Assembly (NCBI GenBank): GCA_963662285.2 | Contig: CAXXMV010000006.1 | Span: 512,001-576,000 of the forward strand | Source of the DNA: a bacterium | GTDB taxonomy: Bacteria > Hinthialibacterota > Hinthialibacteria > Hinthialibacterales > Hinthialibacteraceae | Reading direction: 5' to 3' | DNA: 64,000 nt | Shown here: positions 19,864 through 29,456 of the stretch, in pieces | Numbering within the stretch: the first letter of the stretch is position 1 | Layout: each line of letters opens with the position of its first letter | Program-made: the position numbers and the translations under genes | The notes under the pieces: model-generated | What the model was told of the DNA's origin: nothing | The model's input: the letters and a program-made list of their open reading frames with translations, nothing else | Database searches by the model: none

Positions 19864-20625
19864 ATGGATCAGGTAGTATCTATTATGCCGTGTTTGGATA
19901 TGCAAAATGGCCGGGTGGTGAAAGGCGTTCATTTCATCGATATTCAGGATGCAGGGGATCCCGTGGAATGCGCCAAGGCGTATTGTCAGGCAGGCGCCGA
20001 TGAACTCGCATTGCTTGACATCACCGCCACTATCGAAGGCAGAAAAACCATGTTGGATGTGGTTAGTCGAGTTGCGGAGGTGACCACGGTTCCCTTTACG
20101 GTGGGCGGAGGGATTTTTGACGTTGCATCCGCTGAGAAGGTTCTGGAGGCTGGCGCCAATAAGATTTCTACTAGCAGCGCGGCTTTCCGAAAACCTGAAA
20201 TCATCAAGGAGATGGTCGAGACCTTTGGCGCCGATAAAGTCACGGTGGCTATCGATGTCGATCAGAACGCCAGTATGCCATCGGGCTACGAAGTCTACAT
20301 CGACGGGGGACGCACGGCGACCGGCGCCGATGCGATTGAATGGGCCAAAAAAGTGGATGGCTATGGCGTGAGCGTGATTCTACCTACCAGCAAAGCCGGC
20401 GATGGCGCCAAAACGGGCTACGATCTTCCCGTGATCCGGGCTATCGCGAATGCCGTATCCGCAACAGTCGTAGCCTCAGGCGGCGCGGGAAAATTAGAGC
20501 ATTTCTACGAAGCAGTCGAAGCAGGAGCAATGGTCTTACTCGCAGCATCAGTATTTCATTACCACACCATCGATATCCCCGAACTAAAAGAGTATTTGCG
20601 CTCCCGGAATGTTAAGGTGAAATAA
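19864..20625 (+). CDS. hisF: imidazole glycerol phosphate synthase cyclase subunit
   Basis: IMPCLDMQNGRVVKG, DAGDPVE, LLDITAT, VASGGAG, LAASVFH. Confidence 0.9.
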   Translation: MDQVVSIMPCLDMQNGRVVKGVHFIDIQDAGDPVECAKAYCQAGADELALLDITATIEGRKTMLDVVSRVAEVTTVPFTVGGGIFDVASAEKVLEAGANKISTSSAAFRKPEIIKEMVETFGADKVTVAIDVDQNASMPSGYEVYIDGGRTATGADAIEWAKKVDGYGVSVILPTSKAGDGAKTGYDLPVIRAIANAVSATVVASGGAGKLEHFYEAVEAGAMVLLAASVFHYHTIDIPELKEYLRSRNVKVK

Positions 20626-20670
20626 CCTGAAGTTTATGCTTTGGTTAAGTTGATGTAATATTCTATGGTT

Positions 20671-20716
20671 TGATCAAGGGCTGGACTGCGAAGCGGTCTG
20701 GCCCTTGGCGCCCATC
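20671..20716. repeat. extragenic palindrome family B
   Basis: TGATCAAGGGCTGGACTGC..GCGGTCTGGCCCTTGGCGCCCATC. Confidence 0.8.
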
Positions 20717-20925
20717 GCCTATTCTATGCTGATGCGATTATGGTGTTGAGGGGGAGCGGGGGTTGTATGGTGATTGATGATACGCCATGGGATTTTCGAT
20801 ACTCATAAATCCCATTTTCCATCATGCCGTTTTATGTAAGTAATCTAATATCTCCACCCAATCGGGAGTATTATCGAAAATTAATTGATATTTTTCTATC
20901 CCATATTTCAAGAGAGGTGTGGATT

Positions 20926-21723
20926 ATGAAGAAAACATCAGGAATTGGAACTGCTCATTTGATTTTGTTAGTAATTGGGGCATTACTGTGCGTTACGGGA
21001 ACTCCGTATGCTCAGGAAATACTGAACATTGATTTTTCCGCCGCCCAGGGATACATCGACGATTTCGTGGTGGGACAACCGGCTGGCGCGGACAACCAAT
21101 GGCTGGATCTAGTGGATACGGGGATTTCCGGTATTGTCGCAGCCGACTTTTATTTCATTGAGAATGAGAAACTGATCGTATTACAGGAGGGCGGGGGGGC
21201 TTCGTGGATTTACATCATGTTCCCGCCTCAGACAGAAGGCGATCTGATCCTCACCTGGGACTGGCAATATGTCGGTCCGGAGGATCAAAATATTGACGTG
21301 GGAATCAATCTCAGCGATAGCGCGAATTACAGTTTGGACATCACGGAGGGTTCTCTATCCGGTTGGGGACGTCAAACGACAACCGCCCGGATGCAACAAG
21401 ACGACAGCGTCGTTGATCTATACAACAGCAGCGCCTACGAAGCCCTGGAACCCTATAGTTACGCGGATGGAGCCATCATTTCCATGCGGTATATCGTTCA
21501 TCTCGACCAGAAATCCTTTGATGTGTATGCCAAAAAAGAAGGAGAAGCGGAAGTCGCGCTGGGTATCAATTACGGGTACCGCCGGGATGTCAGCGCCGAA
21601 ACCAACGGTCTGGATCATCTTTCCATTTGGGTAAGCGGCAGCGCAAGCACCGAATGTCATATCGATAACATCATAATCATGGCTGGAGATACGCCTGTTT
21701 CGGATTGGTTTTTATACGAGTGA
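20926..21723 (+). CDS. secreted acidic beta-sandwich (lectin/jelly-roll-like) protein with C-terminal TPVSDWFLYE
   Basis: RBS GAGAGG before ATG 20926; signal peptide ending PYA-Q. Confidence 0.75.
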   Translation: MKKTSGIGTAHLILLVIGALLCVTGTPYAQEILNIDFSAAQGYIDDFVVGQPAGADNQWLDLVDTGISGIVAADFYFIENEKLIVLQEGGGASWIYIMFPPQTEGDLILTWDWQYVGPEDQNIDVGINLSDSANYSLDITEGSLSGWGRQTTTARMQQDDSVVDLYNSSAYEALEPYSYADGAIISMRYIVHLDQKSFDVYAKKEGEAEVALGINYGYRRDVSAETNGLDHLSIWVSGSASTECHIDNIIIMAGDTPVSDWFLYE

Positions 21724-21769
21724 AATAACTGCGTTAACCTTTCAGGGCGCGTTTGTAGAGGCCTTCAAA

Positions 21770-21793
21770 CCGCCGGATGATTTGGTCCGGCGG
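21770..21793. terminator. stem-loop CCGCCGGA-8nt-TCCGGCGG
   Basis: Perfect 8-bp stem downstream of 21723. Confidence 0.5.
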
Positions 21794-21865
21794 ATTAACG
21801 TGTTGTAAAGTTCGTCCAGATTGCCCGGAGCGGTATCCGGCGAACACCACCTGTTGTTCCACGCC

Positions 21866-21983
21866 AAAGCGCGCAACATTACTACATGATCAGCATCAGG
21901 ACAATCAACCACCTGTGGCGGCGCCTTGAATAACTCCTCAGCGCATAACCCAGGCAGGGCTCCGCTAACCAGAACCAGTAATA
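21866..21983 (-). pseudogene. diverged 5' fragment of the sialidase gene
   Basis: Translates LLVLVSGALPGLCAEELFKAPPQVVDCPDADH, versus ALLIVLISGALPGLCAEELFKASPQVLDCPRADH at about 19479-19596. Confidence 0.85.
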
Positions 21984-22149
21984 TATTCGTTTGAGTGATA
22001 TTGAAATTTCTGACTGAAAATTATTCATTATTATTTAGATCCTCTATAGCATTATTGAAAATGTATTAGTAGTATTTCTATTTTTATGAATTATTGTTTT
22101 GCATAATGTTATTGAATATTCAAATGTTAGGAGATTCACAAACAGAATA

Positions 22150-22836
22150 ATGTCGAAATCAAGAACTTTATTTTTGAAATTTGAATCTTTATCACGACAA
22201 GGTGAAGAAGGATTGCTTGTAATTAGACTTATGATGGCATTTAATGATCTTGCTTTGACAAATGAGTGCCTGGATATTTTTAAAAAACGTTATGATCAAG
22301 ATAAGTCTAATAAAAATCATGGTGCGTCCATGTATTTTATACGAATTCAACATAGTCATTTAAATGAAGCAATGAAGATTGTAAAAGAAATCAAAGACAA
22401 TGAACAATTATTAATTATTAAAGATAATTGCTCAGATAAGGCTCAGAAAGCATTTGTAAATCTTCTGGATTATCTCCCTACTGGATCAAAACATAAAAAA
22501 TTTGAACGTTATGTTGGTCGGATTAGAAACAATATTACTTTTCATTATGATGAAAATAATAAATTAATAAAAAAATATGTTGAAAAACGAGCAAAACATA
22601 GTAAAGGTAATAGTACCTCTATCACAAAAGGTGATTCAGGTTCTGAATGGAGATTTAAAGCGGCAGATGATGTTGTAAGTAGTATTATTTGTAGGGACAT
22701 TTGGGAAATACCTTATACAGAGGATATTAAGGAGGCAGAATATAATGCTTTAGGATTTTCTTATGAAATATTTACATATTTTATGGACTTTGCTGGAGAA
22801 TTTATTTACGAGTATTGTCGAAAATATGCTGTTTAA
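22150..22836 (+). CDS. AT-rich hypothetical protein with HEPN-like RxxxxxH motif
   Basis: All-helical appearance; RIRNNITFHYD. Confidence 0.65.
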   Translation: MSKSRTLFLKFESLSRQGEEGLLVIRLMMAFNDLALTNECLDIFKKRYDQDKSNKNHGASMYFIRIQHSHLNEAMKIVKEIKDNEQLLIIKDNCSDKAQKAFVNLLDYLPTGSKHKKFERYVGRIRNNITFHYDENNKLIKKYVEKRAKHSKGNSTSITKGDSGSEWRFKAADDVVSSIICRDIWEIPYTEDIKEAEYNALGFSYEIFTYFMDFAGEFIYEYCRKYAV

Positions 22837-23051
22837 TCATCATCCACTATTCATAAGTGTTTGATACATACACAAATCGAAATTGGACCTAAAGAGGGAT
22901 TTTTGCACCCATCATCTCCACTCCCCAGCGTTGAAATCCCCCTTATATCCACAAAAAACCAAAACAAATACTTGATCACGAACCATTCTTGTCCAACAAT
23001 AGGGCTTATGGATGCGGAAATATAATATAGAAGCCGGGAGATTTGGTTAAA

Positions 23052-23801
23052 ATGGGTAAAAAGTTGAAGGGCGTTATTACTGCCGGGGGGTTGGGTACGC
23101 GGTTGCGGCCTATGACCCGTATTACTAATAAGCATCTGTTGCCCGTTTATGATAAACCGATGATCTTCTATCCCATCGAGACATTGGTGCAGGCGGGGAT
23201 TGAGGAGATTATGATTATCACCGGGGGCAACCATGCCGGGGATTTTCTTCCTATGCTGGGCGACGGGCGGGAATTCGGGCTGAAGATGATGCACTATACC
23301 TACCAGGCACGTGAAGGCGGCATCGCTGAAGCGATATCCCTTACGCGCGAGTTTGTGGGCGGCGACAATGTATTGGTAATGCTGGGTGACAATATCATTG
23401 AAAAGAATATTGTCTCCTATGTGGAAAACTTCCGCCAGCAGGGACATGGTGCCCGGATTTTACTTAAAGAGGTGGAGCATCCCGAACAATACGGGGTGCC
23501 TACTTTGGATGAGAACAATCGGATTACTACTATTACCGAGAAGCCTCAGAATCCTGCTACACGGTTTGCGGTAACCGGTATATATATGTATGATCACCGC
23601 GTGTTTGACATTATCAGCCAATTGGAACCATCCAAACGCGGGGAATTTGAGATTACCGACGTCAACAACGCCTATTTGGCATCGGGCGAGTTAGAATACG
23701 ATATACTGGATGGCTGGTGGGCCGATTGCGGCGAGACGCGCTCTTCTTTGCATGAGGCAGGGTGTCTGGTAGCTCAGAGCCGCGCCCAGGCAATGTCTTA
23801 A
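23052..23801 (+). CDS. sugar-phosphate nucleotidyltransferase (RmlA/SpsI-like, short form)
   Basis: TAGGLGTRLRPMT, NKHLLPVYDKPMI, MLGDNI, EKP, RGEFEITD. Confidence 0.93.
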   Translation: MGKKLKGVITAGGLGTRLRPMTRITNKHLLPVYDKPMIFYPIETLVQAGIEEIMIITGGNHAGDFLPMLGDGREFGLKMMHYTYQAREGGIAEAISLTREFVGGDNVLVMLGDNIIEKNIVSYVENFRQQGHGARILLKEVEHPEQYGVPTLDENNRITTITEKPQNPATRFAVTGIYMYDHRVFDIISQLEPSKRGEFEITDVNNAYLASGELEYDILDGWWADCGETRSSLHEAGCLVAQSRAQAMS

Positions 23802-23825
23802 GTTAAGGGATTTCAAACTATCGTA

Positions 23826-23943
23826 GGTGGCTTGATCAAGGGCTGAGCGCAATGCGCTCTTGCCCTTGGCACCCGCCTTTAGTTAATATTGGGTGGCTTG
23901 ATCAAGGGCTGACCGCTTTGCGGTCTTGCCCTTGGCGCCCATC
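23826..23943. repeat. tandem pair of family B palindromes
   Basis: GGTGGCTTGATCAAGGGCTGA...TGCCCTTGGC at 23826 and 23892. Confidence 0.9.
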
Positions 23944-24053
23944 AATTGAAAATCTAAGGTTATCGAAAACAACCCCTCTTGAATTCTCCTCCAGGTTTGG
24001 GGGATAGGGATTTTGGAGATATAAACAGTTTACAAAAATAAAGAAAGAGAAAT

Positions 24054-25307
24054 ATGACTCAATCCAACGGCAATCCTCTCCTGCCATATACCGAACGCCG
24101 TCTGCAATGCGGCATGACCCTGGTTCATAAAGAGATAAAATCCGCGCCTATTGTGGCGATTGATATTTGGGTGCATACCGGCGCTATTCATGACCCTGAA
24201 CAGGCTTTCGGTTTATCGCATTTTTATGAACACATGTTCTTCAAAGGAACCGAACGCCATGGGGTAGGCGAGATGGACCGCATCATCACGGCGCTGGGCG
24301 GCTATAACAACGCCGCCACCTCGTTGGATTACACCCATTATTACGTGGTATTGCCCTCAGCGGGTTGGAAGCAGGCGCTTGAGGTCTTGCTTGATTCACT
24401 GCTGAATCCCAACTTTGATCCTGAAGAGATTGAGCGGGAACGTGAAGTTATCATCGAAGAGATCAAACGTCACGAAGACAATCCCTGGTCTAAGATATAC
24501 GAAGAGTTCACCCAGAAATCATTTGATCTATGTCCTTACCGCCGTAGCGTTTTGGGTACGGTTGAGTCTTTGCAGACTATTCAGCGCGATACTTTCAATG
24601 ATTATCTGAAATCACGTTATTGCCCGGATAATGTTTCGTTGTGCATCGTGGGAGATGCGTCTCTGGCAGAGGTGGAAACGTTGTGCAACCAGTGTATGAG
24701 CCATGCTCCAACCGCCGCTTTGCATGATGCGCCGCTGGACTGGGGCATTATTGATGAACCGCAGGAAATTGTGCTTGAACGCGACGTCAATCAAGCCTAT
24801 CTGTTGATCGGTTTTCCAACCAGGAATGTTTTTGATACGCCTGATGAATATTCGCTGGATCTGCTCTCTATAATACTTGGTGAAGGCCGTTCATCCCGGA
24901 TGCATCAGCGTTTGCACGATAACCTAGGTCTAGTATCATCAATCAGTTGCACGGCCTGGACGATGAAATACGCCGGATTGTTCCTCATCGAAGCAGTAAC
25001 TGAGGTGGATAAACTGGAGCGGGTGGAGACGGAAATTAATGATGAGATGAAGCGTATCCGTGAGACGATCACCGAAGAGGAACTGGAGAAAGCCAAAAGC
25101 ATCACTCACGCAGATTTCGCATTTTCAAACGAAAAAATGATATCCATAGCCCACACTTTCGGTTATAGTCGATTGACGACTAATATTGAGCATGCCTTAC
25201 ATTACCTGGAAAACACGGATGCAGTGACCATCGATCAGATGTATGACAGTTTGGATCAATTGATCGTCGATCACCGGCGCTGCAAAGGCCTTTTGCTGCC
25301 GAAATAA
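24054..25307 (+). CDS. M16 family zinc peptidase
   Basis: HFYEH inverted zincin motif, NAATSLDYT, EREVIIEE. Confidence 0.95.
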   Translation: MTQSNGNPLLPYTERRLQCGMTLVHKEIKSAPIVAIDIWVHTGAIHDPEQAFGLSHFYEHMFFKGTERHGVGEMDRIITALGGYNNAATSLDYTHYYVVLPSAGWKQALEVLLDSLLNPNFDPEEIEREREVIIEEIKRHEDNPWSKIYEEFTQKSFDLCPYRRSVLGTVESLQTIQRDTFNDYLKSRYCPDNVSLCIVGDASLAEVETLCNQCMSHAPTAALHDAPLDWGIIDEPQEIVLERDVNQAYLLIGFPTRNVFDTPDEYSLDLLSIILGEGRSSRMHQRLHDNLGLVSSISCTAWTMKYAGLFLIEAVTEVDKLERVETEINDEMKRIRETITEEELEKAKSITHADFAFSNEKMISIAHTFGYSRLTTNIEHALHYLENTDAVTIDQMYDSLDQLIVDHRRCKGLLLPK

Positions 25308-25315
25308 GCGAAATC

Positions 25316-26164
25316 ATGCTTTTTCTTTTTTTGTTATCAATATCAGTTTGGGGAATGTTGCAAGCAATATTATTGACTCCTGAGACGATAGAGCAGGGCG
25401 CCATGGATGTTTCACTGGCGCTTGCTTTAAGCGAGTGGGTGATATTGACTGTTGTGATGGGCTATGTCGCGTTCCTGCTCAATGATGCCGGGTTACGGGC
25501 GGCGGCGCCTAAGCAGGCGCAGCGCCGCTGGATGCCGATTGCATCCACCGTGGTATTTTCGGGCATTATGGCTATAGCCACATTCGGCGCATGGGTTCCG
25601 ATTGAGATCAGCGCGCTGCTGGCTTCTCCCTGTATTTTCCTGCCGCCATTGAGTTACCGGGCATCAACTTTCCATAAAACCAAAGAAGAGCCTTCCTTAT
25701 TCAATTTAGAAGAGAGATGCCGGACGCTTGATGCGGCCAAATCGTCATCATTGATCCAGCAATTTCTGCAACGGTATCCTTATCCCAAGGTATATGTTTA
25801 CCGCAACTCCAATTCTCATTCAGCTGGCGGTCTGTTCTTTCATAGCCGTGAAAGGCTCAAGGTTCCGCTGACAACTCATCTGGAAGTGACTTTGAATTGT
25901 CCATTCACCTCCAAAGTGGGCGTAATGGCTGAAGGCCGCGAAATCTTCCGGGCTTATTTACACCGACCATACCCATCAGGCAGTGTTATTCTTGATCTTC
26001 CGCATAATAATTGGGATGATTGGCTGATTGGCTTACCCCAAAGAGATTGGTTTTCCAGGATCAAAGAACTGGATGATAGAGAAAAAAGTCATCCCTGCAT
26101 CAAAGGTTTGCCCTGCCAGTTTCATGAGAGCAACTGGACATGGCAGGCGATTGAATTGACTTGA
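25316..26164 (+). CDS. hypothetical membrane protein
   Basis: 3-4 N-terminal hydrophobic segments; follows the peptidase gene closely. Confidence 0.6.
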   Translation: MLFLFLLSISVWGMLQAILLTPETIEQGAMDVSLALALSEWVILTVVMGYVAFLLNDAGLRAAAPKQAQRRWMPIASTVVFSGIMAIATFGAWVPIEISALLASPCIFLPPLSYRASTFHKTKEEPSLFNLEERCRTLDAAKSSSLIQQFLQRYPYPKVYVYRNSNSHSAGGLFFHSRERLKVPLTTHLEVTLNCPFTSKVGVMAEGREIFRAYLHRPYPSGSVILDLPHNNWDDWLIGLPQRDWFSRIKELDDREKSHPCIKGLPCQFHESNWTWQAIELT

Positions 26165-26246
26165 TTTTACCTGGTTTTACTTGGTTATTGAGGCTTTCCT
26201 ACTCCCGATTAGGCAATGGCAATGTTGCGTATACCGCCAGATAGGT

Positions 26247-27623
26247 CTAACTGATATCTTTCCCTAACACATGCCTCAAGGCCATTTCTAAATTAGGATG
26301 CCGGAAATCATAACCAGTTTCAAGCAAAACAGCCGGGTTAACTCTGGCGCTGGATAAAAGCAGGGCTTCCCCCATCTCTCCAAAAACCTGCTTCACCACG
26401 AAAGCAGGTAAAGGGATAAAGGTCGAACGGCGTAATACTTTGCCTAATGTCTTGGTAAATATTCGATTGTCTACCGGATATGGCGCCACTAAATTTACCG
26501 GGCCGTGAATATCTTTTTCCGTTAATATGTGATATATCGCGCCGATCAGATCATCAATGGCAATCCAGCTGATAAACTGTTCGCCATTGCCAATGACGCC
26601 GCCTACTCCCATCCGAAAAGGTAGAAGCATTTGTTTTAGCGCTCCACCTTGAGGCGTGAGAACTACGCCAATCCGCAAATGAACAACTCTAATCCCCCGC
26701 ATGATAGCCGGTTCTGCGGCTTGCTCCCATTGAAGGCAGACCTGCGCCAGAAAATCATCGCCCGGTTCAGTCGATTCATGCAAAATCTCATCACCCCGGT
26801 TGCCATAGTATCCAATGGCTGACGCCAATATTATGGTTTTGGGTGGATGATCCAAACAGCTAATGGATTCGCATAACAAGCGTGCGCCTTGAATCCGGCT
26901 TTCATAAATACGGCGCTTTTTGTCGTCTGTCCACCTACCAGCAATGTTCTCGCCGGCCAAATGGATCACTGCGTCGAATTTTTCCAACTTTGTTGCATCT
27001 TTAAGGCGAACGAATGGGTCCCATTCTATGGAGCCGGGGAATTGTGGAGTCTGTTTGCGCACTAAACGGGTAATTGAATGTCCGCCACTTTGCAGCAAAG
27101 GTATAAGAGCCGATCCCAGCAATCCAGTCGAACCGGAAATCAGGATTTTCTGTGTTGCTCCGGGATGGGATGAAAGTAATTTAATATCATTGATCGTTTG
27201 CCGATGGCGATAGGCGAACATTCGCTTCAGTTCGTTCTGTACATAAAACGATCCTATAGTATTACCCAATGCGCCCAGGGGCATTTTGTACTTTATCCGG
27301 TCTTCCAGAAAACAGGAGTTTTCTCCATCCGGAGTTACTATATGGGTATGCTCCCAACTGGCGAAAGGACCGGATAGTTGAATATCCTGAAACTGTTGGC
27401 CTTCAATATAATTACGATGTTCGACGATCCATTTTTTGCGTAATGGTCCCAGGCGGATTTCCAGTACAGTTCGATCCCCGTCAGCAATTGCGCCGCTGCG
27501 TTCTAATATACGGACGGATTTCCAGGGTGGATTCAACCGCGCAAAGGCGCCGGGCGTCTTATGCCAGTCAAACACAACATGAGCAGGCGCTTCGATCCGG
27601 GAACGATAAGAAAACTGTTGCAT
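26247..27623 (-). CDS. SRPBCC domain + TIGR01777-family NAD-dependent epimerase-like oxidoreductase
   Basis: N-terminal SRPBCC (GPFASWEHTH); ISGSTGLLG, HLAGENI, SAIGYYG. Confidence 0.92.
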   Translation of the reverse strand: MQQFSYRSRIEAPAHVVFDWHKTPGAFARLNPPWKSVRILERSGAIADGDRTVLEIRLGPLRKKWIVEHRNYIEGQQFQDIQLSGPFASWEHTHIVTPDGENSCFLEDRIKYKMPLGALGNTIGSFYVQNELKRMFAYRHRQTINDIKLLSSHPGATQKILISGSTGLLGSALIPLLQSGGHSITRLVRKQTPQFPGSIEWDPFVRLKDATKLEKFDAVIHLAGENIAGRWTDDKKRRIYESRIQGARLLCESISCLDHPPKTIILASAIGYYGNRGDEILHESTEPGDDFLAQVCLQWEQAAEPAIMRGIRVVHLRIGVVLTPQGGALKQMLLPFRMGVGGVIGNGEQFISWIAIDDLIGAIYHILTEKDIHGPVNLVAPYPVDNRIFTKTLGKVLRRSTFIPLPAFVVKQVFGEMGEALLLSSARVNPAVLLETGYDFRHPNLEMALRHVLGKDIS

Positions 27624-27979
27624 ATTAAATTCCTTAATCTTTCATCTTTCAGAACGATTTTCGTGATAACATGCAAAAAAATATTCAAATCCATCTTTCT
27701 AACGATATAGTAACAAACAATGCAATGCAAATTTAAAATTATAACTTTCTCAGTATAAATATCCTGGAAATTCTGATAAAAAAATGACATTATGTTATAT
27801 CTAGAGAGAATAAACACATTTCGGGGAACTGTTCTAGTGCTCTTCTAAACCATAAATGTAGAGCAACCAAGTCCCTTATCCTCCGTGGAAAGGGCTTAAG
27901 TAAGGGAGAAATCCTCGAAAATTCATGACGCAAGACTTTATATTGCAATAGCTTAAATCATTTAACGGGAGATATCAAA

Positions 27980-29299
27980 ATGACCTCACGCAGAATGTTC
28001 CTATCAAGCGGCATAACGGGGCTAACCGCCATTGGCGCATCAAATGTATTCGCCCAAAACCAACGTTCATCTTATATTCCCACTCAACCCAAAGACTGGC
28101 CGGAGGTTTCCAGCACTCTGCATAAGGTGCTGCTCGAAAACATTCTAACCTTCTGGTATCCCCAAACCCTGGATAAGGATCGCGGCGGCTACCAACTAAA
28201 TCATGACCTCTATGGCGTGTCCAAAGGCAGCAACAACAAACGCCTGGTGGTGCAAGCCAGATGCATTTGGTTCTATTCACGTTTAGTTCGTGAAGGTTTT
28301 GGCAAAGATGAACATCTGGAAGCAGCCCGCATCGGATATGAATTCCTGCGCGACTATCTGTGGGATAAGCAATATGGCGGTTTTTATTGGGAAGTCGATA
28401 CCTTGGGCCGGGTGGCCACCATGCCCGAAAAGCATCTCTATGGCGAAGCCTTTGCCTTGTACGCCCTGTCTGAATACGCCATGGCCTCCAAGGATCCTGA
28501 GCCGCTGGCGCTGGCTAAAAAACTCTTTGGCCTTCTGGAATACTACGCTTACGATCTGCGTTTCGGCGGATACCTCGAATCATTCCATCGTGATTGGACT
28601 ACTCCATCGGTGGGGCAGAGTTATATGAGCGCTCCACATGATTTAAAACTGATGAATACCCATCTTCATATTATGGAAGCTTTCACTACCTATTTTGAAG
28701 CCAGCCGCGATCATGTGGCGCGGGAGCGTTTGCTGGAATTAATCATGATTATGAGCAATACGGTATTACGCAAAAAAATTGGCGCATGTACTGATCGGTA
28801 TAACCGCAACTGGTCGCTGGTGCGTGGGGCGCTGTATGAACGGGTATCTTATGGCCATGACATCGAGAATGTATGGCTATTGATGGATGCTTGTAAAGCC
28901 GCAGGAATTCCCGATGGTCCCTTAATGGACTTTTACACTATGCTATACAGTTACTCGCTGCAATATGGATACGATGTCAAAAACGGCGGTTTTTATTCCA
29001 GCGGTCCCTTCAATAGTAACGCAGACAACCGCAATAAAGATTGGTGGGTGCAGGCTGAAGGTCTGGTCTCCGCCTTGAGAATGTATCAAAGAACCGGAGA
29101 GGATATCTACTATAACTGCTTCCGCCAAACCCTGGATTGGATAACAACGCGACAGGTTGACTGGGAAAAAGGCGAGTGGTTCGGAGTGGCCTACGAAAGC
29201 AGCGCTCCCACCGGCGACAAAGCCGGCCCCTGGAAATCTCCTTATCACAATGGCCGGGCTATGATGGAATGTTTACAGTTAGTGAAGAGTTATATATAA
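27980..29299 (+). CDS. AGE-family epimerase (cellobiose 2-epimerase-like) with Tat signal
   Basis: MNTHLHIMEA, SYGHDIE, WWVQAE, WKSPYHNGR; SRRMFL leader. Confidence 0.9.
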   Translation: MTSRRMFLSSGITGLTAIGASNVFAQNQRSSYIPTQPKDWPEVSSTLHKVLLENILTFWYPQTLDKDRGGYQLNHDLYGVSKGSNNKRLVVQARCIWFYSRLVREGFGKDEHLEAARIGYEFLRDYLWDKQYGGFYWEVDTLGRVATMPEKHLYGEAFALYALSEYAMASKDPEPLALAKKLFGLLEYYAYDLRFGGYLESFHRDWTTPSVGQSYMSAPHDLKLMNTHLHIMEAFTTYFEASRDHVARERLLELIMIMSNTVLRKKIGACTDRYNRNWSLVRGALYERVSYGHDIENVWLLMDACKAAGIPDGPLMDFYTMLYSYSLQYGYDVKNGGFYSSGPFNSNADNRNKDWWVQAEGLVSALRMYQRTGEDIYYNCFRQTLDWITTRQVDWEKGEWFGVAYESSAPTGDKAGPWKSPYHNGRAMMECLQLVKSYI

Positions 29300-29361
29300 G
29301 TTTAAACCTTGATTAACCGGGCATTCAGAGTCAACATGATACCAGTGCATAAAGTGGCTTT

Positions 29362-29394
29362 GGTGGGCTACGCTTCGCTTTTAGCCCACCCTAC
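29362..29394 (-). repeat. REP family A with GTAG foot
   Basis: GGTGGGCTACGCTTCGCTTTTAGCCCACCCTAC. Confidence 0.9.
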
Positions 29395-29456
29395 TTGCTT
29401 TTAACTCACACTATGTGCTGATGGGCCTATATTCTAGACTGAGAGAATCATAACTC

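Noticed and set aside
22851-23447. 198-aa minus-strand ORF
   Set aside because: Antisense shadow of the nucleotidyltransferase gene
13900-23950. Integron cassette array
   Set aside because: Genes lie on both strands with their own upstream regions; the repeats lack attC RYYYAAC/GTTRRRY ends; no integrase
27820-27960. Possible riboswitch/leader RNA upstream of the AGE epimerase
   Set aside because: Some pairing potential but no recognisable aptamer consensus; an Rfam/Infernal search would be needed
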